A stretch of DNA of 64,000 nt. It comes from a virus (lineage: Duplodnaviria; Heunggongvirae; Uroviricota; Caudoviricetes). Of the stretch, positions 8,418 to 17,663 are shown in pieces. Both the position numbers and the translations under genes were made by a program. Numbering within the stretch: the first letter of the stretch is position 1; each line of letters begins with the position of its first letter. Where the stretch lies: IMG/VR virus record IMGVR_UViG_2541047873_000001; one strand, 5' to 3'. Below the pieces are notes generated by a model. It saw only the letters and a list, made by a program, of their open reading frames with translations. It was not told where the DNA came from and did no database searches.

Positions 8418-9446
8418 ATGGGTGAACTAGTTATCTCCGGCGGTTCTGGTGGTTTTCTGCGCGATATTGGCACCGAATACCAGGAAGCTGCAAAAAACTT
8501 TATGCAGTTCATGAACGACCAGGGAGCTTATGCCCCAAATACACTTCGTGATCTCCGTCTGGTGTTTCATTCCTGGGCGCGGTGGTGTAACTCGCGCCAG
8601 CGCCCCTGGTTCCCGATTACGCCGGAAATGGCCCGCGAGTATCTTCTCCAGTTGCATGAGGCCGATCTGGCTTCGACCACCATTGATAAGCACTATGCCA
8701 TGCTTAACATGCTGCTTTCGCAATGTGGCCTCCCGCCGCTGTCGGACGATAAAAGTGTGTCTCTGGCCATGCGGCGCATCCGGCGCGAAGCGGCAACGGA
8801 AAAAGGCGAGCGAACAGGCCAGGCTATACCGTTGCGGTGGGATGATCTGAAATTGCTCGACGTGTTGCTGTCCCGTTCCGAGCGGCTGGTGGACCTGCGC
8901 AATCGGGCGTTTCTCTTCGTGGCATACAATACCCTGATGCGTATGTCAGAAATCTCGCGCATCCGCGTCGGAGATCTGGACCAAACAGGTGACACTGTAA
9001 CGCTGCATATTTCACACACGAAGACCATCACGACCGCCGCAGGACTTGATAAGGTGCTTTCTCGTTACACTACCGCCGTACTGAACGACTGGCTGGAGGT
9101 GTCCGGACTTCGAGAACATCCGGACGCGGTGCTATTCCCGCCAATACACCGCAGTAATAAGGCCAGAATCACGACAACGCCCCTTACTGCACCTGCAATG
9201 GAGAAAATATTCAGCGATGCCTGGGGGTTGCTGAACAAACGAGATGCCACGCCGAACAAGGGAAGATACCGGACGTGGACAGGCCATAGTGCGCGTGTTG
9301 GTGCGGCAATTGATATGGCTGAGAAACAGGTGTCAATGGTCGAGATCATGCAGGAAGGCACATGGAAAAAGCCCGAAACACTTATGCGATATTTGCGCCG
9401 TAGCGGGGCATCCGTTGGTGCAAATAGTCGCCTGATGGATTCATAA
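8418..9446 (+). CDS. dre: Cre-family tyrosine recombinase (Dre-like)
   Basis: 342 aa; colinear with P1 Cre by eye (WFP, LAFxxxAYNTLxRxxEIxRIRVxD, GHSARVGAAxDMA, C-terminal Tyr region). Confidence 0.9.
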   Translation: MGELVISGGSGGFLRDIGTEYQEAAKNFMQFMNDQGAYAPNTLRDLRLVFHSWARWCNSRQRPWFPITPEMAREYLLQLHEADLASTTIDKHYAMLNMLLSQCGLPPLSDDKSVSLAMRRIRREAATEKGERTGQAIPLRWDDLKLLDVLLSRSERLVDLRNRAFLFVAYNTLMRMSEISRIRVGDLDQTGDTVTLHISHTKTITTAAGLDKVLSRYTTAVLNDWLEVSGLREHPDAVLFPPIHRSNKARITTTPLTAPAMEKIFSDAWGLLNKRDATPNKGRYRTWTGHSARVGAAIDMAEKQVSMVEIMQEGTWKKPETLMRYLRRSGASVGANSRLMDS

Positions 9447-9463
9447 ATTAATTTTCTAACAAT
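9445..9463. promoter_or_regulatory. C1 operator-like site
   Basis: taaattaattttctaacaa immediately after the recombinase stop; the 17-mer recurs at 24982-24998. Confidence 0.45.
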
Positions 9464-9490
9464 CTTTTTAGACAGTGCATTTTAATGTAA

Positions 9491-9522
9491 AGTACCCTCG
9501 CCTATTGCGGAGGGTACTTTGC
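9491..9522 (+). terminator. hairpin terminator after recombinase gene
   Basis: 9 bp stem agtaccctc/gagggtact with 10-nt loop, short T tract. Confidence 0.4.
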
Positions 9523-9863
9523 ACAATCGTATTACGGAATCAAAACGCTTCACTGTTGACGGTTACACCATAACCTTCACTGCGGGCGTTAAGCGCGACC
9601 AGGCGGTCGTGGTGTTCGGTGTTATGACCGGGCTTGATGCCGTTCCCGTGTTTAACCTCGAAAAAAACTGGCGAAATCTGGAGGAAGCTGAACGCTACGT
9701 CCGGAAAGTAACCGTCATTGCTGCTGAAAAACTCCTGGCCCACTATCAGGAAAATTATCGCGCTATGACCGAGAAAATTAACCATGTTTTCACTCGCCCC
9801 ACCAGCGGCTTCATTGCCCCTGATGCAAATGCCGGGCGCTATCCGGCAAGGGGGCGCAAATGA
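9519..9863 (+). CDS. hypothetical protein (start uncertain)
   Basis: Track ORF begins with TTG; codes in the same direction as downstream genes. Confidence 0.4.
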   Translation: MHNRITESKRFTVDGYTITFTAGVKRDQAVVVFGVMTGLDAVPVFNLEKNWRNLEEAERYVRKVTVIAAEKLLAHYQENYRAMTEKINHVFTRPTSGFIAPDANAGRYPARGRK

Positions 9864-10348
9864 AAACTTACTACCCATCCCTGAACTGCTATCCAACCAC
9901 TAATCCTGAGCTGTCAGGGAAACTTCTGTCCCTCCTGGCTGATAGTCCTGATGAATGGCATAAGCCTGGTGATATCAACACACAGTTCCCTGAGTACGGG
10001 TGTATCCGCACCAGAAATGAGCTGAAGAACCTCATTGCTCACGGTTTTGTCCGTCACCGTAGCGGGAAAGGCTATCAGTTGGCCATCCCACAAGGAGAGG
10101 CAAGAGAACTCTTTGGCTATCGAGAAAGCCAGACGCAAGCGCGGGTGATCGCAGAAATTATCCGTAATGGCAGCGTCTATGCCCGCAAATTCTGGCTGTC
10201 TGGCGGTGGTGATGCATCACAGTTCTTGCGTGCTGTGCGATCGCTGGAGGAACAAGGTGTTATCGAGAATACCTGCGTCTCCGTTCCGACCGCTCCGCAT
10301 ATCAAACGCCGGATTTATACATTTACCCGGAGAGCTAAAAAGCAATGA
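9860..10348 (+). CDS. hypothetical protein, possible winged-helix DNA-binding
   Basis: 162 aa; basic segments (HGFVRHRSGKGYQL) suggest a winged helix; start overlaps upstream stop. Confidence 0.45.
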   Translation: MKTYYPSLNCYPTTNPELSGKLLSLLADSPDEWHKPGDINTQFPEYGCIRTRNELKNLIAHGFVRHRSGKGYQLAIPQGEARELFGYRESQTQARVIAEIIRNGSVYARKFWLSGGGDASQFLRAVRSLEEQGVIENTCVSVPTAPHIKRRIYTFTRRAKKQ

Positions 10349-10839
10349 TTAACGTGAAAGTGAAACGCCTTCATCCGGCGGCAAAACTCCCCGTTTACGC
10401 CACCGCCGGATCGGCGGCGATGGATTTTGTTGCTGTTGAAATAACGCCGGGTATCGATAGCAACGGCGCTATTTCCTCAAGCTGGTGGGTGCATACCGGC
10501 CTCGCTATGGCGATCCCTCCTGGCTGGTGTCTGAAACTTTATCCTCGTTCCGGATTGGGCTGCAAAAAGCATACGCGCCTGGCTAACTGCGTAGGAATTA
10601 TCGACTCCGATTATCGCGGTGAAATCAAAGCAAAACTGATTACAGATCCCGGTGGTGAAGGCGTTTGCCTCAAGCCAGGAATGGCGGTCATGCAAGGCAT
10701 TTTTGAGCGTGTTGAACCGGTATCGCTGGTAGAAGTTGATGAACTCGATGAAACAGAGCGAGGTGCTGGTGGCTTTGGTAGCACATCGGAAGACCGCATT
10801 GAAATCAAGCGTACACCGCTTCAGTACGCAAAGTTTTAA
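10345..10839 (+). CDS. dut: dUTP diphosphatase
   Basis: 164 aa; dUTPase motifs PxYATxGSAAxD, RSGLG, GxIDSDYRGE, C-terminal GxGGFGSTS. Confidence 0.9.
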   Translation: MINVKVKRLHPAAKLPVYATAGSAAMDFVAVEITPGIDSNGAISSSWWVHTGLAMAIPPGWCLKLYPRSGLGCKKHTRLANCVGIIDSDYRGEIKAKLITDPGGEGVCLKPGMAVMQGIFERVEPVSLVEVDELDETERGAGGFGSTSEDRIEIKRTPLQYAKF

Positions 10840-10853
10840 GTAGAGGAAAGGCT

Positions 10854-11504
10854 ATGAATAACATGCCAACGAAAGAGCTTTTTAAGTTCCTTCCCAAATA
10901 CAAAGCTCACAAAAACGTTAGTGCATCGAAAATCAAAAATGTTGTTATTTTCGGCGTAACTGATGCCCCACTTTGGGGCTGCATCGAACTCGTTGAACCA
11001 AAAGGGGCAACAGTTTGTGTTGACGCAATGTTTTTACAAAAACACCGACCAAAAACTGGCGGGTATCTGATCGTTTATGAAAACGGTTATCTGTTCTATG
11101 CCCCGGAGAAACCATTTGAGGAATGCTATGGCCTGGTTAACGACGCCTCCAAAAATGGAACCACGGTCATCATTACGGATGACAACGGCGTGATGATTAA
11201 TCTTACTGGGAGCGTAACTATTTCTGCTGGTGGCATCACCACCCAGCAAGAAGAAATCGACCTTGAAGCAGCCGACTTCTCTGATGCGCTAATGTGGTTG
11301 AAGGAAGGCAAGAAAGTTGCCCGACGCGAGTGGAAAGGCGAAAAGCAATTCTGCTGGTTAGTTCTCGCTGGAAGCGTCAATTTACACGGCATTCACGTTC
11401 CTTATGGTGACCATTTTGTATTGAAAGATGCACAAAATATGGACAGCGTTTGGTTGCCGTCTGTGGATGATTTACTGGCCTGTGACTGGTTTGTTGTGGA
11501 GTGA
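10854..11504 (+). CDS. DUF2829 (Tad2-like) domain protein
   Basis: 216 aa; C-terminal about 75 aa FSDALMWLKEGKKVARREWKGEKQF ... WLPSVDDLLACDWFVVE fits the DUF2829 pattern; N-terminal about 130 aa unknown. Confidence 0.6.
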   Translation: MNNMPTKELFKFLPKYKAHKNVSASKIKNVVIFGVTDAPLWGCIELVEPKGATVCVDAMFLQKHRPKTGGYLIVYENGYLFYAPEKPFEECYGLVNDASKNGTTVIITDDNGVMINLTGSVTISAGGITTQQEEIDLEAADFSDALMWLKEGKKVARREWKGEKQFCWLVLAGSVNLHGIHVPYGDHFVLKDAQNMDSVWLPSVDDLLACDWFVVE

Positions 11505-11510
11505 TTTAAC

Positions 11511-12308
11511 GTGGAAAATACCAAGAACATTCAATATCGCCTGCGTAACGGCCTGCTGGTGGATGTAAACGATGATATGTCCCTGCCCTTTGCCACCATT
11601 GAGCGAACCATCCTTACATACCTGGGTTTAGACGAAGAGTTAGATAGTGAGAATGGCATTGCTATCTGGCGTGACGGAAAAACGGGAGTCAGACGTTTTA
11701 TTACGGCAAGAGGCATTCAGTGCACACAGGAAGAATTGTTTGAACTGGCGCAGTCTTATGGATGCATCGCGTTAGATCCCCTGCATGACCCAGCCATAGC
11801 GCAACAACTCATTCGAGAGCTGTCGCTTTCGGTCACGCCAATAATCTTCCGCCAGGGAACCTTAACCGGCACATGGCGTGTAGAACGCATCTCTAAATAT
11901 CAGCCATATAATATCCATTTGAACGGCACTATTACTGGTGTGGATCAACCAGTAGCAGGTGAAAACAAAGACCTGGAACTTGCAGTAATGATGGCTGCTT
12001 GTCGCGTGCTTGGCCTGGGCAAGCAGATGTTTATCCATTTCCCAAACGGCGCGGAAGGCGAAGTAGAGCTGATTTCCTGCGACTTTTCCTTAACCTGGAT
12101 GCTTGATGAATTCCTGGACAAAACAGTATTCCGTGCTGAAGAACTGGATATGTATGTCACCTCAAGTATTCCTAATGACGTGAAAGTTGAGGCCATCGCT
12201 ACAGCCAGGGCGAAATGCCGTGCGGCGATTGCAGAACAGGCCAAAGAAGAACAGTCCGATGAAGTCGCGGCAGATGTGGAAGCAGAGGATGCTGATGCTG
12301 ACGCCTAA
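11511..12308 (+). CDS. hypothetical protein with acidic C-terminus
   Basis: 265 aa from GTG start; C-terminal acidic tail EAEDADADA; hairpin terminator follows at about 12358-12390. Confidence 0.5.
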   Translation: MENTKNIQYRLRNGLLVDVNDDMSLPFATIERTILTYLGLDEELDSENGIAIWRDGKTGVRRFITARGIQCTQEELFELAQSYGCIALDPLHDPAIAQQLIRELSLSVTPIIFRQGTLTGTWRVERISKYQPYNIHLNGTITGVDQPVAGENKDLELAVMMAACRVLGLGKQMFIHFPNGAEGEVELISCDFSLTWMLDEFLDKTVFRAEELDMYVTSSIPNDVKVEAIATARAKCRAAIAEQAKEEQSDEVAADVEAEDADADA

Positions 12309-12388
12309 AAGCAAGAAATTAGCTGGCTGACAGCAGAAAAAATCATTGAGTGATAGTAGGAAGCCCGCTTGGTTGAGCGGGCTTCTTT

Positions 12389-12769
12389 TCAAATATTGGA
12401 ACCATATAGTTCACGTAGTTTTTCCGCTACTGAAGATACGGGGATTTCACCAGTTGCAGCCCCCACCGCAAGTTCCACCAGCACGGGAGAATCATATACC
12501 TGTATACCGTTACGGCGTAGAAATAGCAGCGCACTGTTTAGCGCGGTACGCTTATTGGCATCATTGAATATATGCCCTCTCGCTGTAGCCACCAGGTAGG
12601 TGGCGGAGACTTCGAAAAGGTCGGTGATCTCTTCGTAGGCAACTCTGGCCTGAACTCTCCCGATAATGGCCTCTGCCCTACCCGGATCTGACATTCCCGG
12701 CAGGCCGCCGTAGCGGTTTATATTCGCATCATGAAGCGCAATAAGTTCTTCCGGTGATATATGCCTCAT
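12389..12769 (-). CDS. doc: Doc toxin (Fic-fold kinase)
   Basis: 126 aa, near-identical by eye to P1 Doc ([17 protein letters not shown]...[23 protein letters not shown]). Confidence 0.95.
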   Translation of the reverse strand: MRHISPEELIALHDANINRYGGLPGMSDPGRAEAIIGRVQARVAYEEITDLFEVSATYLVATARGHIFNDANKRTALNSALLFLRRNGIQVYDSPVLVELAVGAATGEIPVSSVAEKLRELYGSNI

Positions 12770-12990
12770 TATCGGTTAACCAGTTCCTTGTTGGTGGAGT
12801 CCAGGGTGTCAAACAGGGATGCAAATTCAGCATCCAGCGCCGCTTTTTTGTAGGCTTCGAAAGTAGCCTTGCTGACAATTACTGCTGGCTCACGGCCTCT
12901 GCGGGTGATTTCAACCTCTTCCCCTGCTTCAACATTATTGAGCACTTCGCTAAGGTTGCCGCGTGCGGTACGGAAGTTAATGGATTGCAT
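12769..12990 (-). CDS. phd: Phd antitoxin
   Basis: 73 aa from [39 protein letters not shown], matching P1 Phd; stop overlaps doc start. Confidence 0.95.
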   Translation of the reverse strand: MQSINFRTARGNLSEVLNNVEAGEEVEITRRGREPAVIVSKATFEAYKKAALDAEFASLFDTLDSTNKELVNR

Positions 12991-13098
12991 AAACACCTCG
13001 TGTACTCGTTATGTGTACGCAATTATAGGTTTTAATGATGCTGAATACCACTTCTTGGTGCCTTAAATCCTCGAGATGCAGTCTTGCAATTGCTGGGA

Positions 13099-13521
13099 TT
13101 AAGCAGAATAAGTGGTTGGAATTCTGAGCAGTAATCCAATCTTGGCTATGTGCTCATATGGCAGCTCTCCGGTTTTACCATCATGTATCGAGGCTATCAG
13201 ATTCAATTCATGCGCCGCTTTACGAATTTCAGTTTCTGATGGAACAAGGCGAAAACCGATGGGTAACATTTTGATATAGAAAGGTAATAGTTCGTACTTC
13301 ACCCGTAACTGTGCTGCCGCATCTTTCAAATCATGGATGATTTCTTGTTTTAAGTCAGAGCGGGGATTCGATAGCTTTGCTTGGTTAGACAATAACAGAT
13401 GCGATATTTCCCCCAACTGTTCCTTGAATGAAATGTAAGACTCAACCCCCTTGATGATGAGTCGACCTAGGACAAAAACGCTTACTCCAGTGACAACAGT
13501 GACAAAAGCAGACGAACTCAT
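13099..13521 (-). CDS. membrane-anchored hypothetical protein (low-GC moron)
   Basis: 140 aa; N-terminal transmembrane helix (AFVTVVTGVSVFVLGRLII); lower GC than flanks; sits between phd-doc and humD. Confidence 0.55.
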   Translation of the reverse strand: MSSSAFVTVVTGVSVFVLGRLIIKGVESYISFKEQLGEISHLLLSNQAKLSNPRSDLKQEIIHDLKDAAAQLRVKYELLPFYIKMLPIGFRLVPSETEIRKAAHELNLIASIHDGKTGELPYEHIAKIGLLLRIPTTYSA

Positions 13522-13655
13522 TCGCGTACCTAAAAAGAGAATTATAACCTCATCTTATCTTCAAGTGAGTAACCGCGTCTAATGGGAGGAATCATTTAAA
13601 TGGCCAGGGCGATATAGGTCCAGTCATGCCTCTCTATGGTTTCTCTGAAAACAAA

Positions 13656-14045
13656 TCATATAGCAGGACTATCATCAAATTCACCGCCCCTGGCGTCATT
13701 GATAATGTGGGTGATCACACCAAAAACAGCATTACTGCCCGTGTATCCATCGTCATCCACTGGTAACGCCTCTTTCTTCCCGGTGCTTAAATCCTCCAGG
13801 TGCTGGCGCGGATACTTCCTGTATCTCTTTATGCGATATTCACCCTCCATAGCGCATATAAGCAGTGAACCATCAACCGGAGTAAGTGAGGAATCAACCA
13901 CCAGCAAAGCACCTTGCAATATTCCCTCACGGTGATGGCTGTCTGCCGCCCGCATGAAGTAGGTCGCAGAAGGATGTCTGATTAGTTGCTGATCAAGAGA
14001 AATTCGGCTTTCAACATAATCCGCCGCAGGAGAAGGGAAGCCCAT
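13656..14045 (-). CDS. humD: UmuD-like S24 peptidase
   Basis: 129 aa; UmuD/LexA C-terminal domain motifs (FPSPAADYVE, RAxxDSH..GIL.G.LLVVDSS, GEYRIKRY). Confidence 0.85.
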   Translation of the reverse strand: MGFPSPAADYVESRISLDQQLIRHPSATYFMRAADSHHREGILQGALLVVDSSLTPVDGSLLICAMEGEYRIKRYRKYPRQHLEDLSTGKKEALPVDDDGYTGSNAVFGVITHIINDARGGEFDDSPAI

Positions 14046-14063
14046 AGCGTTTTACCTCAATAA

Positions 14064-14083
14064 TACTGTTTATTCATACAGTA
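14064..14083. promoter_or_regulatory. LexA (SOS) box
   Basis: tactgtttattcatacagta = TACTGT-N8-ACAGTA, 20 bp upstream of the humD start. Confidence 0.8.
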
Positions 14084-14168
14084 TACATTGAAAAGGCATA
14101 GTTTGTGAAAGCGGGGTTTGTAGGCGCGCCACGCTGGGGGCTAATCACATTTCTCCCCCAGCTTGCCG

Positions 14169-14420
14169 TTATTTTTTTGGTGCATCCTCGTTCTGATACA
14201 CCGGATCGCTCCCTTTTGGCAACTGGAGGCTTAACTGCCGGTAGTGCCGTAGCCGTTCCATGAAATAGGCGCGCAGGTTTTCCGGTTGCTCACGGGCCAC
14301 CTGCTCTGCAATCACAGGTATATTCAGCCGTTCTTTGTAAGCAACGCCGCTGGCGGCAAGGTCTACGTTCACCTTGTCTCGCTCTTCCTGGCTTTTAGCT
14401 GCTATATTTCGATCTGACAC
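14169..14420 (-). CDS. hot: Hot, homolog of DNA polymerase III theta subunit
   Basis: 83 aa; [43 protein letters not shown] aligns with HolE theta. Confidence 0.75.
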   Translation of the reverse strand: MSDRNIAAKSQEERDKVNVDLAASGVAYKERLNIPVIAEQVAREQPENLRAYFMERLRHYRQLSLQLPKGSDPVYQNEDAPKK

Positions 14421-15055
14421 AAGAAACCTCCAGGAGTTAGTGGATCAGGCACATGCACAATAACGTTCTCAATGTTAGCCGTTCAATTCAGACAATCAGG
14501 GACTGCACCAGTGTGGTGGCATCAATCCCATTGCGAAACAGCATAGACGAACTGCAAATTCGTGTATTGAATCCGAATCAGGCTAATAAGCAATTGCGCT
14601 TTATTTTGACGCTGAAAAGTGAAACAGAGGGGATAAAGCACAGCGTAAAAGTGTTTTCTGAGGCCATTCTGCTTAATGGGAAGCTCCGGCATCTGATAAG
14701 GCCAGAACGTCAATATCCTGACGTCCTGGCGCGAGAAAAAGACCTTCTTTCTGAAGTTCAGGATAGGGTGATCGATTTCGTCAAATGCTATCCCCTGCAT
14801 TGAGGGCAGATGTTCCCTTCCGCAAAGTAGGGAAAACTGCTATCAAGTTCATCACACCATCTGCGATGGTCGTAGCACCAAAACGCCTCCCACGGTGCAC
14901 GGAAATACTTCATCCATCAGGACACGCGATCAGGTATATCTGCTGGTGGCAGTTCTTCTGGCAATAATTTGCCTGATAATTCCCTTTCCGCCCGCGACAG
15001 CATTTTTTTGAGGCTCGCGTTCTCTTTTTCAAGCTCATCTACGCGCACCTGTAAT

Positions 15056-15508
15056 TCAGCTTTCGTTGGCATGGTCCGCCTCATGCTTTTCAGCCACCAG
15101 CGGCAATAAAGCCCTGGCCATCTTATGAACCAACAGAGCATCGATAATGCCAAGCGTATGCCCCGGCTTAATGTTTAATGCCGCCTCAAGGTGACACCTT
15201 TCCAGGTCACTTTTCTCGGCTTGTTTATGATGATCTGGCGTAATAACGTCGCCCAAAACACGGCTAATTCTTTCTCGTAATTGCTGGGTGCCAGCACACT
15301 TGATCGCTGTATCGTGGAGACGGTTAACCAGTTCGCGATAAACATGCGGCTTAATTCGGATACGTTCACCGGTGACGCCCTTTCCTGGTGCTGGCACCGA
15401 ACTATCCGGAATATCCGGATAGTTGCCAGCCAGTCTGCGCAAAACAGCCTTAACACCCTCAATACGGTCATCATCGCAATTTTCCAGCGTATCTATGCGG
15501 TCGTGCAT
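15056..15508 (-). CDS. hypothetical protein sharing a domain with the C-terminus of the 23528-24166 product
   Basis: 150 aa; YRELVNxLxDxA....GTxQLRER motif shared with the other ORF. Confidence 0.5.
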   Translation of the reverse strand: MHDRIDTLENCDDDRIEGVKAVLRRLAGNYPDIPDSSVPAPGKGVTGERIRIKPHVYRELVNRLHDTAIKCAGTQQLRERISRVLGDVITPDHHKQAEKSDLERCHLEAALNIKPGHTLGIIDALLVHKMARALLPLVAEKHEADHANES

Positions 15509-15562
15509 GATGATTGCGTTATCAATATCAGGATTGCCGGTCCACTCATTACCGCGATTGGA

Positions 15563-16138
15563 TTAGGCAGCCTGGTTGCCGCGTACTGGTTGATTCTCGG
15601 CTTTACCCTGTCTGTCGTCGCTGCATGAATGCCCTTCCAGCCAGACCAGTGCTTGTCGCATGAAATACGCAATATGCTTGCCGTGGTAATCGTCTTCATC
15701 GATGTGAAAAGCGATACTGCGGATATATTCAATTGCGTTTTCAATGGCCTCCGGCGTTACCGGTGCTGACATATTTTGATTTTGGAGTGCCAAGACGCGG
15801 CTGGCATCCTCTACGCCTTTAACTGCATCTGCGCAGTAGTTATAGCGATTGCATTCCACTAACTTCTGCTTGAGATTTTCAATTGCTTGTGCGACATCAG
15901 CCTGCAATTCCGGAACTGGCGGAGTGGCATATAACGGCACCCACTTTGGTGCTTTATCCCCGACCGAACGCTGATACCAGTCACCCGGTTTGTATTCATA
16001 AAACTCACCAACAGGCTCTGCTTCCAGCGATGCCAGCGCAATTTCATAAGCACGGCGCTCAATATTGTCTCGCACGTCCAGACTGCCTATGCGCTCTTTG
16101 ATTTCTTTAATCAGTTCTTTGTCGGTTAAAGTGGTCAT
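15563..16138 (-). CDS. hypothetical protein
   Basis: 191 aa, codon-like composition, same orientation as flanking operon. Confidence 0.5.
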   Translation of the reverse strand: MTTLTDKELIKEIKERIGSLDVRDNIERRAYEIALASLEAEPVGEFYEYKPGDWYQRSVGDKAPKWVPLYATPPVPELQADVAQAIENLKQKLVECNRYNYCADAVKGVEDASRVLALQNQNMSAPVTPEAIENAIEYIRSIAFHIDEDDYHGKHIAYFMRQALVWLEGHSCSDDRQGKAENQPVRGNQAA

Positions 16139-16148
16139 AAATTATGCC

Positions 16149-16682
16149 TCAGTTGTATCCGATTGGATTAACCGCAACAATAACGCCATCCGCGAACAAA
16201 TCTTTAATGAGGTGTTCGCTCGGCTCGCCTTTTTCGTACTCTTCAATAAGGTAAGTGTCTCCATCCTCATTGATATAAACTGGAAGAATGGAACCGTTGA
16301 TGAAGTAGGTTCCGTTGTTATCGAGGATTTTTGCCTCGGCGATTTGTTTTTTGGTAAAAAGATCTTCTTTTTTCAAAGTTGCCATATCTGTTTCCTTATG
16401 TGGGTTAATTTTATTGTGTAGCTTCCTGAATGGGGTCCACACTATATCGATATACAGTTCAACTAACGGTTCAAATACTTTCCCCATTAGAACAGTCACT
16501 AATATTGAGGCTATTGGTATCAGCAACACGAAAAACAGAATGATAAACAGCAATTCTATTGCTCTACTCTTTCGCGGATATTCTTTTCTGAATAAAGTGG
16601 GCATTTCCTCCCCATTAAATGCCTCAATGATTTCTCCAGTGTTTTGCGCTGCACCTGAATTATCTTTAAATCCTTCTTTCAT
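16149..16682 (-). CDS. membrane hypothetical protein (AT-rich moron)
   Basis: 177 aa; central hydrophobic helix (LLFIILFFVLLIPIASILVTVLMG); region is about 39 percent GC versus about 50 percent around it. Confidence 0.5.
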   Translation of the reverse strand: MKEGFKDNSGAAQNTGEIIEAFNGEEMPTLFRKEYPRKSRAIELLFIILFFVLLIPIASILVTVLMGKVFEPLVELYIDIVWTPFRKLHNKINPHKETDMATLKKEDLFTKKQIAEAKILDNNGTYFINGSILPVYINEDGDTYLIEEYEKGEPSEHLIKDLFADGVIVAVNPIGYN

Positions 16683-17410
16683 CGTTTGCTATCTTCCTCA
16701 CACCCAAGATATGAAAGAGATGTAATTGCTTTTGCACGGAAACCACCAACCTTGCTAAGTGCGCTTTTAAGTGCGTCAAGGTCAGATTGTGATTTGATCA
16801 TGAAAGTTAACCGCGCAATTCCAGACATAGAGTCAGAACCATTCACTGCGTTGTAGTGATATATGTATCGGGTGACTGATTGAGTCACGCCCTCCTGCTG
16901 GTGGTTTATATTGGCGTCCTGTCTTGTGTTGGCCTGCTCCAACTCTTCGATACGTTCAGCCATCGCAGCACACTCTTCAAAGTTGCTTAATGCTTTTCGC
17001 TCCGATTCAGCGCATTGTTTTTCCAGTTCTGCTATGCGCTTACCTCCATCCGCGATTACTCCCTCGTAATGCTCGCGCTGCTCGTTGAGTTTTGATTTTG
17101 CCGACTCCAGTTGTTTTGTTAGTTCCGCAATACGGCAAACATCGTTGATACGCGTTTCCTCTAATGCGTTGATCTCATCCAGTAGTGCCAGCGCAACTTT
17201 TGGTGGGATAGCCGCGATATAACGGGCATTAGCACCAGCATTCCTTTGCCCATCAATGCCAGGCCAGTCAATAAAGTATCCGCAATGCCTACCCTCAGAC
17301 GTGCGCGAAGGATAAATGCCGTTATGACCCGGCAAAATATATGCTACCCATTCATCTTGCGTTGCCTGTTCCGCCGCCTCGCGCAGTTCTTGATAGTTAA
17401 TTTTGCTCAC
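16679..17410 (-). CDS. Ead/Ea22-like protein
   Basis: 243 aa; N-terminal MSKINYQELREAAEQA shared with two paralogs downstream; coiled-coil centre. Confidence 0.65.
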   Translation of the reverse strand: MSKINYQELREAAEQATQDEWVAYILPGHNGIYPSRTSEGRHCGYFIDWPGIDGQRNAGANARYIAAIPPKVALALLDEINALEETRINDVCRIAELTKQLESAKSKLNEQREHYEGVIADGGKRIAELEKQCAESERKALSNFEECAAMAERIEELEQANTRQDANINHQQEGVTQSVTRYIYHYNAVNGSDSMSGIARLTFMIKSQSDLDALKSALSKVGGFRAKAITSLSYLGCEEDSKR

Positions 17411-17663
17411 TGGTTGCCTCCGCTTCCCACGTTTTCAGACTTTCACCACAGAACGGGCAAAATGAAATTCGAATCGGCGATTTAGAAAACTCGCCTGACC
17501 GCAGCATGATCAGGTCTTGTGAATGAATTAATGCATGGTTATAGATTTTGTATTTCAGCAGACCTTTTCGCGTCGTGTATTCAGCGTCATGTTCCAGGGA
17601 TTGCGTCAACGCCGCGCACGGTTCTATCTTGTTGCCATTAATTTGGCATTTTGACTCACTCAC
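17397..17663 (-). CDS. small zinc-ribbon hypothetical protein
   Basis: 88 aa with CxxC pair (CPFCGES). Confidence 0.4.
   Translation of the reverse strand: MSESKCQINGNKIEPCAALTQSLEHDAEYTTRKGLLKYKIYNHALIHSQDLIMLRSGEFSKSPIRISFCPFCGESLKTWEAEATSEQN

Noticed and set aside
8418-9446. Interpreting the tyrosine recombinase as a chromosomal integrase with att site
   Set aside because: It is Cre-like with its own rox-type site and sits in a replicon with repA and partition genes; no att core or tRNA-adjacent integration junction is visible
14453-14803. 116 aa plus-strand ORF opposite to the surrounding leftward operon
   Set aside because: No RBS or promoter, it overlaps an antisense ORF, and it would run against the operon; kept out of the feature list as probably non-coding
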